Source of the DNA: Candidatus Bathyarchaeota archaeon
Lineage (GTDB): Archaea; Thermoproteota; Bathyarchaeia; TCS64
Reading direction: 5' to 3'
Assembly (NCBI GenBank): GCA_016783455.1
Contig: JADHWN010000002.1
Coordinates: forward strand, 25,836 to 89,835
DNA length: 64,000 nucleotides
Positions within the stretch are counted from its first letter, which is position 1; every line of letters begins with the position of its first letter. Positions 8,743 to 18,097 of this stretch are shown here, in pieces. A program made the position numbers and the translations under genes. Under the pieces are notes generated by a model. That model was not told the DNA's origin and did no database searches. It saw only the letters and a program-made list of their open reading frames with translations.

Positions 8743-10587
8743 TCAATGAAAGACGAGAGAGTCGAGGTGTCCCTGGAACTCCCTTAGCAGGTCTTGTTGG
8801 GTGACGAACTCGGGGAGGGTCATATAGAAGAACATGTAGATCCGGTTGACCTCGTCGCAGTACCAGCTACCTAATATGCCTGTTATTAGGAGTCCTGGCT
8901 CTGTCATGTTGACACGCTGGTACACCATCTCATGGTCCTCCTTCACCATAGTCACCAGCGGTCCTTTGTCGTTGACCTCCGTTCCGCCACTCTCCACCAT
9001 AGCTAATAGCTCATCAAGAACCGCTTCCAGCTCAGGGACGGACTCAACTGTATCCCATATTATGTTGATTATCTCAAGGGGATACTCGAACCTGAATTGA
9101 ACTACACCCGAGATCTCGGATGTGGATTCCTCCCTGAAATCGTTCTCCCGTATAGTCATTCCAATGGGATAGTCAAAGGAGAAGCCATACTTGGAGTATA
9201 TCTCACGCTCGTTCGTGGCACAGATTAATTGGTGCAACAATTCGGGTTCTGGGTCGGGGCCTTCCCGGATATTAGCAGTGAAGACAACTACCATATCAAA
9301 ATCGGGAACAACGTATATTCTCTGCTGGTATAGTCCCAACGCGTAATATGCTCCGCTCTGTGGGAGCGTCCACCAGTGGTATCCATAACCGCTGGATTCT
9401 GAATGGTAGAAGGAAGTTTCAGTTGACCTAGCCACCCATTCCGATGGCACGATCTGTTCGCCGTCCCAAGTGCCGTTGTCTAGATATAGATGACCCAACT
9501 TCGCCATGTCACGAGGCTTCAGACTCAGTCCACCGCCCGTATTATAGTACCCCTTACGACGAGCCCAGTTTACGTTCTCTATTCCCAAGGGTTTAAAGAG
9601 GTATTCGCGTGCAAACTCAAGAGTTGTATTCCCCGTTACCTGTTCTAATATTTCTCCGAGAAGAATAGAACATCCCGAATTGTAGACCCATTCCACTCCA
9701 GGGTCATTTGCCATTGGCCTGTCAAGGACGAATTGTACAGGATCGTCGCTAAGCCACATCTGACGGTTGACACTCCGATCATCCGTGTACGGGTAAGTCC
9801 ACTCATCCCACTCAAGTCCCGAAGTCATAATTAGCAGATGCTCCAGCGTCATATTCTGCTTGCGTGCGTCCAAGTTGGAGATCTCCCTGTCTGGGAAGAA
9901 ATCTACTACCTTTTGCTCCACGCTATCGAGACAGCCTTCATGAATGGCGATACCGATGAGGGCGGAGGTGAAGCTCTTTGTTACAGAGTAGAGTTCGTGT
10001 AGCCTATCTTGATAGTAATTTGGGTTGGGAAACTCCTCCAGCACGATGTGCCCGTTGCGGACTACCATCACGGAGTCGATGGCGAAACCCTGTTCGTCGA
10101 TATACTCCATCATTTGGGCCAGCTTCTTCGAGTTCATGCTCTGCTCTTCAGGTATGGAGGTCGGCCACTCTGCCGTAGGCCAATAATCATTTGGGAGAAC
10201 TTCTATTGTTATCGTATCTTTACCCTCGTTTCCTGCTTTGTCGGCCACGGTCAACGTTACGGTGAAGTCTCCCGCCTCTGAGTAGGCGTGAATAAAGGCC
10301 TCACCCGTTCCGGTGGTGCCATCGCCAAAGTCCCACCTGTAGTTTGTGATCCCGACATTGTCCGTGGAGTCACCGGCAGAAAACTGGATAAGATTATCCG
10401 CTTCGACCTCTGCGAAGTTTGTACTCAATATGGCGACTGGAGGCGTATTGTCACTGCGTGTTAGAAAGAAGAATCCGCTCATAATCAATAAACCGACTAT
10501 TCCTGTGATGATGATTGCTTGAAGACTAGAAACAGCCTTTGATACGCTGGGGCACAGCACCCTCCTGCTAGTTGACATCCATCCCAA
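8743..10587 (-). CDS. Membrane-anchored PKD domain + serine hydrolase (beta-lactamase/AmpC-like) protein
   Basis: N-terminal TM helix; PKD motif YRWDFGDG..H.Y..AG.FTVTLTV; SxxK (YSVTKS), YNS, GYGYHWW. Confidence 0.88.
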   Translation of the reverse strand: MGWMSTSRRVLCPSVSKAVSSLQAIIITGIVGLLIMSGFFFLTRSDNTPPVAILSTNFAEVEADNLIQFSAGDSTDNVGITNYRWDFGDGTTGTGEAFIHAYSEAGDFTVTLTVADKAGNEGKDTITIEVLPNDYWPTAEWPTSIPEEQSMNSKKLAQMMEYIDEQGFAIDSVMVVRNGHIVLEEFPNPNYYQDRLHELYSVTKSFTSALIGIAIHEGCLDSVEQKVVDFFPDREISNLDARKQNMTLEHLLIMTSGLEWDEWTYPYTDDRSVNRQMWLSDDPVQFVLDRPMANDPGVEWVYNSGCSILLGEILEQVTGNTTLEFAREYLFKPLGIENVNWARRKGYYNTGGGLSLKPRDMAKLGHLYLDNGTWDGEQIVPSEWVARSTETSFYHSESSGYGYHWWTLPQSGAYYALGLYQQRIYVVPDFDMVVVFTANIREGPDPEPELLHQLICATNEREIYSKYGFSFDYPIGMTIRENDFREESTSEISGVVQFRFEYPLEIINIIWDTVESVPELEAVLDELLAMVESGGTEVNDKGPLVTMVKEDHEMVYQRVNMTEPGLLITGILGSWYCDEVNRIYMFFYMTLPEFVTQQDLLREFQGHLDSLVFH

Positions 10588-10710
10588 CTCCTTTCTCCTT
10601 AGCGAGCTTCTGCCACCGCTCGTCTTTGCTAAGGTCGATTCTCAATACACCATTGGCTCCTTTAAACTGTATCAACGCATTTTCTATCATCTCGATCTCT
10701 CTATTTTCCA
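10568..10710 (-). pseudogene. Internally deleted copy of the 81-aa gene at 8067-8312
   Basis: EIEMIENALIQFKGANGV.RID.SK shared; roughly 125 bp of the N-terminal part is missing. Confidence 0.75.
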
Positions 10711-10817
10711 TTCGAGAAGTAAAGGTAAGCACATCTGTATTTGCTCTCCTCATAACGAACTCGAAAAAATTCTAGTCAACTGAAAAAATTTAAAATCGAT
10801 TGAATCTATACTATAAT

Positions 10818-11630
10818 ATGGAAAACGTCTGCAACCTCTTCTTTGAGCTATCTAATGAGGACCGCCTGAGGATAATGCTCGAACTGGAAAAGGAACCTTT
10901 GAAGCTCACCCATGTCTCAAAGAAGCTCGACCTGACTTCATCGGAGGCCCATCGCCAGCTATCGAGGCTGAGTGAAGCGAAACTGGTCGCGAAAGACGTT
11001 GAAGGCTTCTTCAGCCTCACACCCTTCGGAGAACAAGCATTAAACTGGATTCCAGGCTACACGTTCATCTCCGATAATAGCGAATACTTCCAATCTCACA
11101 CTCTCTCAAACCTACCCCCTGGCCTATTGCATGGATTGGGAGATTTATCGGGCTGCGTGTTTTCACATGATGCCCTGGTATCAGTCAGTCACATCGAGAT
11201 GATGATACGAGAAGCAGATGAGTATATCTACAATATTCACGACCAATTCCTCCTAAATGCTTATCCTTTAGCGAGTGAAGCCGTCGAACGAGGGGTAAGT
11301 ATCAAATCCATCGATCCTGTTGTATATAGTCCATCTCTTCAAATGAAAGGAGAAGTGAGTGAGGAAGATCAAAAAACATTGTCGCAAGCTATGGAGGATG
11401 GCAGACTCATTAATAGAAAAATGGAGCAATTCGATGTATTTCTTTGGATGTCTGAGAAAGAAGTAGCCATACTCTCATTCCCAACACTTGATGGAAAATT
11501 TGATTATCTCGGTTTTACATCAAAAGATGATAGGGCTCTTGAATGGTGTTTTGATCTTTTCAGGTACTATTGGGAAAGCGCCGTACCAAAGCATGAATTA
11601 TCTTTCGCGCGTCCTTACGAAGCACAGTAA
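10818..11630 (+). CDS. Archaeal wHTH transcriptional regulator (ArsR-like N-terminus, COG4742/DUF1724-like C-terminus)
   Basis: LFFELSNEDRLRIM..L, HRQLSRL, FSLTPFG, ALEWCFDLFRYYW; an alternative TTG start at 10800. Confidence 0.82.
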   Translation: MENVCNLFFELSNEDRLRIMLELEKEPLKLTHVSKKLDLTSSEAHRQLSRLSEAKLVAKDVEGFFSLTPFGEQALNWIPGYTFISDNSEYFQSHTLSNLPPGLLHGLGDLSGCVFSHDALVSVSHIEMMIREADEYIYNIHDQFLLNAYPLASEAVERGVSIKSIDPVVYSPSLQMKGEVSEEDQKTLSQAMEDGRLINRKMEQFDVFLWMSEKEVAILSFPTLDGKFDYLGFTSKDDRALEWCFDLFRYYWESAVPKHELSFARPYEAQ

Positions 11631-11821
11631 TCAATTACTAGATCACTTGCGAGCTGAGTAAAATAGCATAGCTCAGAATGTTTTTATTTACCTGTAATGG
11701 TGATGTGTAAGGGAGTGACCGGGGATTATAATGTCCCTCGTGGTCAGGGTCACTCTCGTCCAACAGAGAAATCCCTACTACCTAACGATGGTGGCTAAGG
11801 GGTTAACACGTGTTGGTGGAA

Positions 11822-11898
11822 GGGCTGGTAGTTCAGTTGGTATGAATACTGCCTTGGCATGGCAGGGGTCGGGGGTTCAAATCCCTCCCAGTCCACCA
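11822..11898 (+). tRNA. tRNA-Ala(GGC), provirus integration target
   Basis: Acceptor GGGCTGG/CCAGTCC with G3:U70, discriminator A, encoded CCA; anticodon arm CTGCC-TTGGCAT-GGCAG; T-loop GTTCAAATC. Confidence 0.96.
11886..11898 (+). repeat. attL core, 13 bp TCCCAGTCCACCA
   Basis: 3' end of tRNA-Ala; identical direct copy at 52607-52619. Confidence 0.85.
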
Positions 11899-12030
11899 TT
11901 TAAAATCTCTTAATTGGGTAGTTTTTGGGGTTGTTTTGGGGTTTAAAGCTGGTTAATCTATTCTCTAGTTTTACCCCCCTCAGAGGTTTCCAGCCAAGGT
12001 TTAAATTTCTCGTTACATATAGTTGAATCT

Positions 12031-13656
12031 ATGGGAAGCACGGGCAGCAGAGGCCTCATCCTGGGGGCGCTGATGGACGGAGACCCCATGAGCTGCAGGG
12101 GTATCATGGAGGCGACGGGTCTCCGCAGGTCGCAGGTGTACGGTGCCATCTCTCGCTGTTGGCGTTCGGGGCTCGTACTCCGGACCGAGGAGGCCATCCT
12201 GGAGCATGAGCGCGTCTTCAGGGGTCGAAGGGGCGTTTCACGGCACCTTCATCCCTATCACCTGTATGTCCTCAGGCCGGAGGGCGTGGACGGGGCCTCC
12301 ATGGATGGGAGGAGGTTCGTGTGTTTCTCCGTTGATCACCTGGACCCCAGGGGAGGGGGTAAGATCAGCAAGGCGAGGAGGATCTTGGGCTTCCTCGAGG
12401 AGAATGGGGACGGGGCTTTCTTCTCCACTGATGTCGTGGAGGCTCTCAGCGAGCACGGGGTCACGGTTCAGGATATCATGCCGAACGTCCGCCGCTTCGA
12501 GAGGCAGGGCCTGGTCTACGTGCGGGGGTACAAGTCGGATGATAGGCAGACGCCCTTCAAGGAGGGGTATCTCCTTACCTGGATCGATCAGGAGATACCT
12601 CGGGAGGGTGCCATCGCCGAGGCCGTGAAGCGTACGGACGTCGCCCTCGCGGGTCGGGTCTCCAGCAGCCCCATAATGGAGAGGGTGCACAGGATTCGGG
12701 ACATGGTGCTGGAGCACACGGAGCTAAGGAAGCTGGTGGCTGCCTCCTACATCGAGAACAATCTTGGATGCACCCACTACGAGGTCGAGCACGCCCTGAA
12801 GCGGACCCTCCAGCTCTACCCCGACATGAAGGTGCTGAAGATATTCGGCAACTGGAGGTACTACTACCACACTTCGATGAGCCCGGAGGACCTGGGCGCC
12901 GCGGTGGAGATGAAGAGGAACTACATCCGGAAGGCGAAGGGCCGGGCGAATAGGATAGGGCACAACTGGGAGGCGGTGGCCGAGTGGTTCATCGACAGGT
13001 TCACGACGGGGGCCCGGTTCTGGACCCAGAATCACAGGAAGGGCAGGATGGACCCCCGGAGGATCACGCTGCACCTTCTCAAAGGCGTGGGTGGGCGTAG
13101 GAACGCCGCTGAGGTGGACCGGGTCTGGGATGTCACGCCGGGGCCTTTCGCTCCCACCGTCACGTATGTGCTGAGCTGCAAGTGGGGCCTCGTCGGCAAG
13201 GGGCACGTCGACGACTTCCTCAAGGTGCTAACTTGGAGCAGGGACTTCGGGGTCGACACCGAGGACGGCAGGAAGATCAAAAACGGCATCGTCGGGGTGT
13301 TCGCGGCCAGCGCCTTCAACCCCAGGGAGAACATACAGATGAAGGATGGGTCGATGGTGAGTCTGACCCAGTACGCCGCCAGGCGGGAGCTTCAGATCAT
13401 CACGGCGGCTCAGTTCAACGAGAAGCAGAGGGAGCGGGGTATCCCCAGGAAGGTGACGGTGCAGGCGGTCTGCCGTGTCGCCCGGGATGAGGCGGAGGTG
13501 AGGGAGGTCTTGGACGCCCTCTGGGAGGACCCGGAGCGGGCTGAGGAGATTCTGGGGGAGGTTCGGGCTGAGAACGCTGACATCTACAAGTTCGAGGAGA
13601 TGCTAGAGAACAGCGGGGATGAGCTGACCGGAGCTCACCCGGATGTGGAGGAATAA
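12031..13656 (+). CDS. Multi-wHTH protein with a C-terminal PD-(D/E)xK-like (restriction-endonuclease-fold) domain
   Basis: wHTH-like segments (IMEATGLRRSQVYGAISRCWRSGLV; DVVEAL..VRRFERQGLV); GHNWE...EVDRVW...LSCKW. Confidence 0.55.
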   Translation: MGSTGSRGLILGALMDGDPMSCRGIMEATGLRRSQVYGAISRCWRSGLVLRTEEAILEHERVFRGRRGVSRHLHPYHLYVLRPEGVDGASMDGRRFVCFSVDHLDPRGGGKISKARRILGFLEENGDGAFFSTDVVEALSEHGVTVQDIMPNVRRFERQGLVYVRGYKSDDRQTPFKEGYLLTWIDQEIPREGAIAEAVKRTDVALAGRVSSSPIMERVHRIRDMVLEHTELRKLVAASYIENNLGCTHYEVEHALKRTLQLYPDMKVLKIFGNWRYYYHTSMSPEDLGAAVEMKRNYIRKAKGRANRIGHNWEAVAEWFIDRFTTGARFWTQNHRKGRMDPRRITLHLLKGVGGRRNAAEVDRVWDVTPGPFAPTVTYVLSCKWGLVGKGHVDDFLKVLTWSRDFGVDTEDGRKIKNGIVGVFAASAFNPRENIQMKDGSMVSLTQYAARRELQIITAAQFNEKQRERGIPRKVTVQAVCRVARDEAEVREVLDALWEDPERAEEILGEVRAENADIYKFEEMLENSGDELTGAHPDVEE

Positions 13657-13698
13657 TCCGCATCTTTTATCTTCATCTTCATGTGAATCCTGAATACA

Positions 13699-13851
13699 TT
13701 GGATCTGCTGACTGTTGGGATACTGGTGTCGATTGTCTGCGTCGTCGCGGTCTCCGTGACGGGCGTAATGACGTACCTGAAGCTGGGGGAGCTGATCAGG
13801 GAGCTTAGGATGGCTCACAGGCTCGAGGAAGAGGAGAGGGACGGAAGATGA
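13699..13851 (+). CDS. Small single-TM protein (50 aa, not in the ORF track)
   Basis: TTG start, MDLLTVGILVSIVCVVAVSVTGVMTYLKLGELIRELRMAHRLEEEERDGR; ATGA overlap with the next gene. Confidence 0.6.
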   Translation: MDLLTVGILVSIVCVVAVSVTGVMTYLKLGELIRELRMAHRLEEEERDGR

Positions 13852-14237
13852 GAGGGTATAGTGATTTGAAGGGTGCTTTTCAAGTGAATCCAGTGAAGCG
13901 TATCAAAGATGCAATTAATAACGAGGATTATTTATCTGCCTTTTCTAGTGCTGTAACATATTTTCAATTATTTAGTTACATACTACTAGCACGAAAATTG
14001 AAAGGAAAAATAGGTAGTGAAAAATTAGAGAAATTAAACGTTCCAGGAATAATCATGCTGTCACACGTACTAAAAATAATAGACCAACCAGAATATTGTA
14101 CAATGTGGGATGTTTTAAGCGCTAGAAATAAGTTGGTTCATCCAAATGAAGGTGTAATGCATGATCCAACAGATGAAGAGAAACGAGCATTATCTAAGTC
14201 AATACTCTGTATTGGAAAATTGTTGCAAAAAATCTAA
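13848..14237 (+). CDS. HEPN-domain protein (putative RNase)
   Basis: Helical 129-aa protein with the Rx4H motif RNKLVH; low GC. Confidence 0.6.
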   Translation: MRGYSDLKGAFQVNPVKRIKDAINNEDYLSAFSSAVTYFQLFSYILLARKLKGKIGSEKLEKLNVPGIIMLSHVLKIIDQPEYCTMWDVLSARNKLVHPNEGVMHDPTDEEKRALSKSILCIGKLLQKI

Positions 14238-14314
14238 ATTGTCTTCACTTAGGTCTGCCCGCTAGCGCCGGGGCTTGTTCTGAGGCGTATTTAGCGAGGG
14301 AAAGTGATCAGAAC

Positions 14315-14500
14315 CTATCGTCGACGATCTCGTGCGGGTCCGGCTTCGTTCATGTTCTCTCTGGCCATCTCGACGGCGTCCCTGCTCAGCCCTGTGAGCG
14401 CGCTGAGCTCGACTGTGGTCGCGGAGCCCCTGTCCTTGAGGGATATGAGGACCCTGCGCTCGTTCTCGTGCAGCTGTGAGGCTACTTCTTCGGGGTTCAC
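14315..14500 (-). pseudogene. pheS: Fragment resembling the N-terminal wHTH of archaeal phenylalanyl-tRNA synthetase alpha subunit
   Basis: LHENERRVLISLKDRGSATTVELSALTGLSRDAV; similarity stops after about 46 aa; host-like GC. Confidence 0.5.
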
Positions 14501-14704
14501 GGTCTCATCAACCTACCATTACAGGCTTGTGACTCATCTTAAAAATTGTACTGGATAAAATGAATTGGCTTATATTACGGTATAAGCAGAAAGCGACATA
14601 CTTTCTAATGTTCTTTATTTGCTTAACGCGTTCAAACACCTATATTCTTAACATTTACTATTATTATCAAAAAATTATAAATATAAGTTATACTGTTAGT
14701 TTAG

Positions 14705-15529
14705 GTGGAAATTTTGAAGCAGAAGGTTAGAATGGTAATCGCGTTAGTAACTCTCATTTTCCTAAACATGGTATCCACAATTGCTTTTACAGGAGCAGAT
14801 GACGAAACTGATACTGAAGTTGGTATATGGTGGGAAAACTACAATGGCACAGAAGATCAACTGAATTATACTGATGAAGATGCTAGATCATTCTCAGATA
14901 ATCTAGTTGATGATGGATGGACAGAGTTGTTTGATCGAGGAAACGCAGATTCAGATGAGGAACACTGGGTCAATTCGGCAAATAACGGAAGTGATAATTC
15001 ATGGGTGGATGACTGCGACTTCGTGTACTGGACCGGTCACGGCCAGGCAACTCTGTTCCATGTTGAGTTTCCTAGTATACCAATCTACAACGATTGGGAA
15101 ATAGTAGAAGCGGAAGAATGTACTTGGGGAGACGACGAAGGCGATCTGGAATGGGTTTTTCTAAATTCATGTGAAGCTTTACATGCCAATTACGTGTCGG
15201 ACTGGGATGATGCCTTTGCTGGGCTTCATGGGATATGCGGATTTCACTCGTTATCTCTTTGGGACCCAACATATCGACTGGGTAACGCTACAGCAAACTA
15301 CTTGGTATCTCAAACATGTATCGGAGGTTCTTGGAAAAAAGCAACTGAGTGGTATTTCGAAGAGATAGATAAGGGCAGCGTTACTGCCGCATGTTACTCA
15401 GCCTTAATCAACAGACCGGGATACAGCCCCTTCAACTATTACTATGAGTCTACAGACGGCATGTGGCCCGATTACGGATCAGGCGGAATCACATTATCCG
15501 ACATAGAATATACCGATTGGAATTGCTAG
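14705..15529 (+). CDS. Secreted DUF6345-like protein (possible caspase/gingipain-fold peptidase)
   Basis: Signal peptide; VDDCDFVYWTGHG, WGDDEGDLEWVFLNSC, GLHGICGF motifs. Confidence 0.7.
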   Translation: MEILKQKVRMVIALVTLIFLNMVSTIAFTGADDETDTEVGIWWENYNGTEDQLNYTDEDARSFSDNLVDDGWTELFDRGNADSDEEHWVNSANNGSDNSWVDDCDFVYWTGHGQATLFHVEFPSIPIYNDWEIVEAEECTWGDDEGDLEWVFLNSCEALHANYVSDWDDAFAGLHGICGFHSLSLWDPTYRLGNATANYLVSQTCIGGSWKKATEWYFEEIDKGSVTAACYSALINRPGYSPFNYYYESTDGMWPDYGSGGITLSDIEYTDWNC

Positions 15530-15540
15530 GAGATGATAAA

Positions 15541-16530
15541 ATGAGGAAAAAAGACATAGTATGGAGCACCATGATAATCTCAAGTATCCTTCTACTGTCG
15601 AACATCGCATTAACCATGAGCAAAAAAGAGCAAGCCGTTGCACCTACAAAATACATACTCCCACTGACGCTGGGGTCAACCACTACAGACGAGACACTAA
15701 CAGTGATACGCACCTGTTCACTATCCCCTAAATATGAGATCGTCCCAGTGCTGCAAGCTAAGAAGACATTAGCCACCGATGATGAACTCTTAGTTCTCGC
15801 CAAGAAATACGGGGTAATCTCGTCATCCGCTAAGATACGTGACTTCGGCGGCGGAGACAAGGTGCTATTCGGCAACGGTAAATCCTTCCACACACACGGC
15901 CTGGACCACTTCATGCTATCATACGATGATGTAACACATCTAAACAACACGATATCGGAAGAGTCAGCGAAAAAGGTTGCAGACGAATTCGTAGCGAGGC
16001 TTCTTAAAGACAACCCTGACTACCCGTGCACGATCGAATATGACCGGACTGTAATAGGGTCTAGACGTATAAGTACAAATCCTGAGACTGGCGAAAAGAT
16101 AGAGACGATCCATGCATTGAAAGTGAATTATGACCTATACTATGATGGAATACCAATCTATGGTAATGGCGCGGATGTCTCCGTCTCAGTGTGTAACTTC
16201 AGAATAGTAGGACTGGAGGTGCACCTACCAAAAATCTTCTTCAAGCATAAAACCAGCGATTATAAAACTCCTGATCAGGCTTTTCAGGAGATGCTTGATA
16301 GTCCTAAGCTATCTTTCGGAATACGGTTCAATAGGGATAGAAATGAATCAACTTTCATCGAGCGCCACGTTGATACTATTGAGCTTTGTTACTATTACCA
16401 ATTCACACACCCCGAAACAGAGACTGAACTCCTATTATATTATCTCATCTCAGGGACAGACTATCTGAAAACCAGCAAGGGAATCGTAGACGAGGACTAC
16501 TTCTATACGCTTATCCCGGCTACTACCTAA
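15541..16530 (+). CDS. Membrane-anchored extracellular partner of the DUF6345-like protein
   Basis: Start ATG 15541 after GGAG; N-terminal TM helix; ISEESAKKVADEF and TPDQAFQEM (PepSY/YycH-like helices). Confidence 0.6.
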   Translation: MRKKDIVWSTMIISSILLLSNIALTMSKKEQAVAPTKYILPLTLGSTTTDETLTVIRTCSLSPKYEIVPVLQAKKTLATDDELLVLAKKYGVISSSAKIRDFGGGDKVLFGNGKSFHTHGLDHFMLSYDDVTHLNNTISEESAKKVADEFVARLLKDNPDYPCTIEYDRTVIGSRRISTNPETGEKIETIHALKVNYDLYYDGIPIYGNGADVSVSVCNFRIVGLEVHLPKIFFKHKTSDYKTPDQAFQEMLDSPKLSFGIRFNRDRNESTFIERHVDTIELCYYYQFTHPETETELLLYYLISGTDYLKTSKGIVDEDYFYTLIPATT

Positions 16531-16566
16531 TCTTACATTTTTTTAACAAGCATAATATAAGCAGGA

Positions 16567-17067
16567 CTATTCCTTTATCCTGGGCTTCGAGACTATCTGG
16601 ATGGTTTTCCCCTCGGAGTCCTTCATGTACAAGTAGGTGATGATCCCCAGGAGGTCGGTGTACTCCGAGGTCTCCACTCCCTTCCCCTCCAGGTAGGCCT
16701 TGAGGTATCCCTGCATGTTGGCGAAGGTGACTCCCTCCCCGACGACGATGCCGTCGGTCTGGTAGAACTCGCCTGGTGAGAGAACCCCTTTCGTCTCGGC
16801 CCATGAGCACGCCTTCTCGATGATCTCGTCGCTGCCAAGGGTCCTGAAATACGGTGGCTCGTCTCCGTCTTCGACATTGCTCAACGCCTCACCTATCCAG
16901 CCTGGGGCCCACCGCTTAACCAGTTCGCCTACCATGCTGCAGCAGACGGGGCATATAGTGCATTTCCCGAGAGCGCTCTCGTGTGACACTCCGCCCTCTT
17001 TCAGCAATCTACCGCACCATTCACACCTGGGCCAGTACTCATCAGGTATATCCCTTTCATTTGACAT
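16567..17067 (-). CDS. Hypothetical protein with N-terminal zinc finger
   Basis: CEWC...CTICPVCC. Confidence 0.6.
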   Translation of the reverse strand: MSNERDIPDEYWPRCEWCGRLLKEGGVSHESALGKCTICPVCCSMVGELVKRWAPGWIGEALSNVEDGDEPPYFRTLGSDEIIEKACSWAETKGVLSPGEFYQTDGIVVGEGVTFANMQGYLKAYLEGKGVETSEYTDLLGIITYLYMKDSEGKTIQIVSKPRIKE

Positions 17068-17130
17068 ATACGATACCTCTTAGGATATCCGGATGGTATA
17101 TTCTACCCAGAGGGAGGGTATTAAATATAC

Positions 17131-17148
17131 TGTATGGATATCCATACA
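17131..17148. promoter_or_regulatory. Perfect 18-bp palindrome TGTATGGATATCCATACA, probable operator
   Basis: Immediately downstream of the TATA-like TATTAAATAT (17119-17128) and upstream of the AbrB-type gene. Confidence 0.7.
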
Positions 17149-17163
17149 ATAAGGGGGATGATT

Positions 17164-17319
17164 ATGCCAATTCAGTTTGAAATGAGCGTCGTCAAGGTTG
17201 GTAATAGCCTAAGAATGACTATTCCAAAGGAAATCGTAAGAGCAATGAACTTGGAAAAAGGAGACACGCTGCTAGTAGGCATGAATAACGGGGACATGAT
17301 AGTCAAAAAGAAGATTTGA
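17164..17319 (+). CDS. AbrB/MazE/SpoVT-family DNA-binding protein
   Basis: VVKVGNSLRMTIPKEIVRAMNLEKGD. Confidence 0.88.
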   Translation: MPIQFEMSVVKVGNSLRMTIPKEIVRAMNLEKGDTLLVGMNNGDMIVKKKI

Positions 17320-17420
17320 CTAACGGCTACACATCATCGAAAGCACCTGCGAATGCAAATAGGATCGGGCTCACACTGTGAAAACATATAAATATCTAAT
17401 ACATTTAACATTTATCTGCG

Positions 17421-18086
17421 ATGAAATCTATCATATCGCATACGTTATCTAAGCGTATCAATCTACTTACATTAGCAGTGGTTCTTGTATTCAGTTCATT
17501 CTTGGCTCCTTTAGCTTTAGCAACGAGGTACAATGTATATGGACAACATGACAGTAAATCGTACTATGGTACTAGAGGATATAAACGAATATACGATCTC
17601 GATGTTGTAGATGAAAGTATTGTAAATGGTTTTGTATGTATAGCCTCAAGCTCGGATCAGTTCATGTGCGTTGGATACTACCAAGGTTTAAATCCTGATG
17701 ACGATTGGTATGACGAACCTCGCTATTATTGGGACAGGAAATTACGTGGTGTTTATGACTTCGATGATGTAGGCGCCGCAAGTGAGAATACAAATCATGA
17801 GTTTAGAGTAGAACTGCATTCAAATGGCTACATGCTAGCCTATGTGGACTCCTCATGTAAAAAGTCTGAAAGCGGGTACTCCTATATTGCACACTATTCA
17901 AGTGGTCAAGGAGAATCGGATAATATTCAAAATGAAATGTATTACCATTTCTGGGACATGAAGAAATGTAATCAGTACATCACTTGGAGTTCATTTACAG
18001 ATACAGATTTCGGAAAATACCCAACCTCTGGTAACCCATACTCATGGCTAGAAATTGACGATGACGAATGGTACTTCAGTGATTAG
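17421..18086 (+). CDS. Secreted beta-rich protein (possibly neprosin/glutamic-peptidase-like fold)
   Basis: Signal peptide ending ALA; rich in Tyr, Trp and Asp; YGTRG, FMCVGYYQG and GQGES loosely match neprosin-like motifs. Confidence 0.45.
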   Translation: MKSIISHTLSKRINLLTLAVVLVFSSFLAPLALATRYNVYGQHDSKSYYGTRGYKRIYDLDVVDESIVNGFVCIASSSDQFMCVGYYQGLNPDDDWYDEPRYYWDRKLRGVYDFDDVGAASENTNHEFRVELHSNGYMLAYVDSSCKKSESGYSYIAHYSSGQGESDNIQNEMYYHFWDMKKCNQYITWSSFTDTDFGKYPTSGNPYSWLEIDDDEWYFSD

Positions 18087-18097
18087 GATGTGAGATA

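Noticed and set aside
8743-10587. Antibiotic-resistance beta-lactamase
   Set aside because: SxxK serine hydrolases of this type are widespread esterases/peptidases; nothing here indicates beta-lactam specificity
11910-11945. TTTTGGGGTT repeated twice after attL, as integrase arm sites
   Set aside because: No matching copies recognised near attR; may simply be the tRNA terminator region
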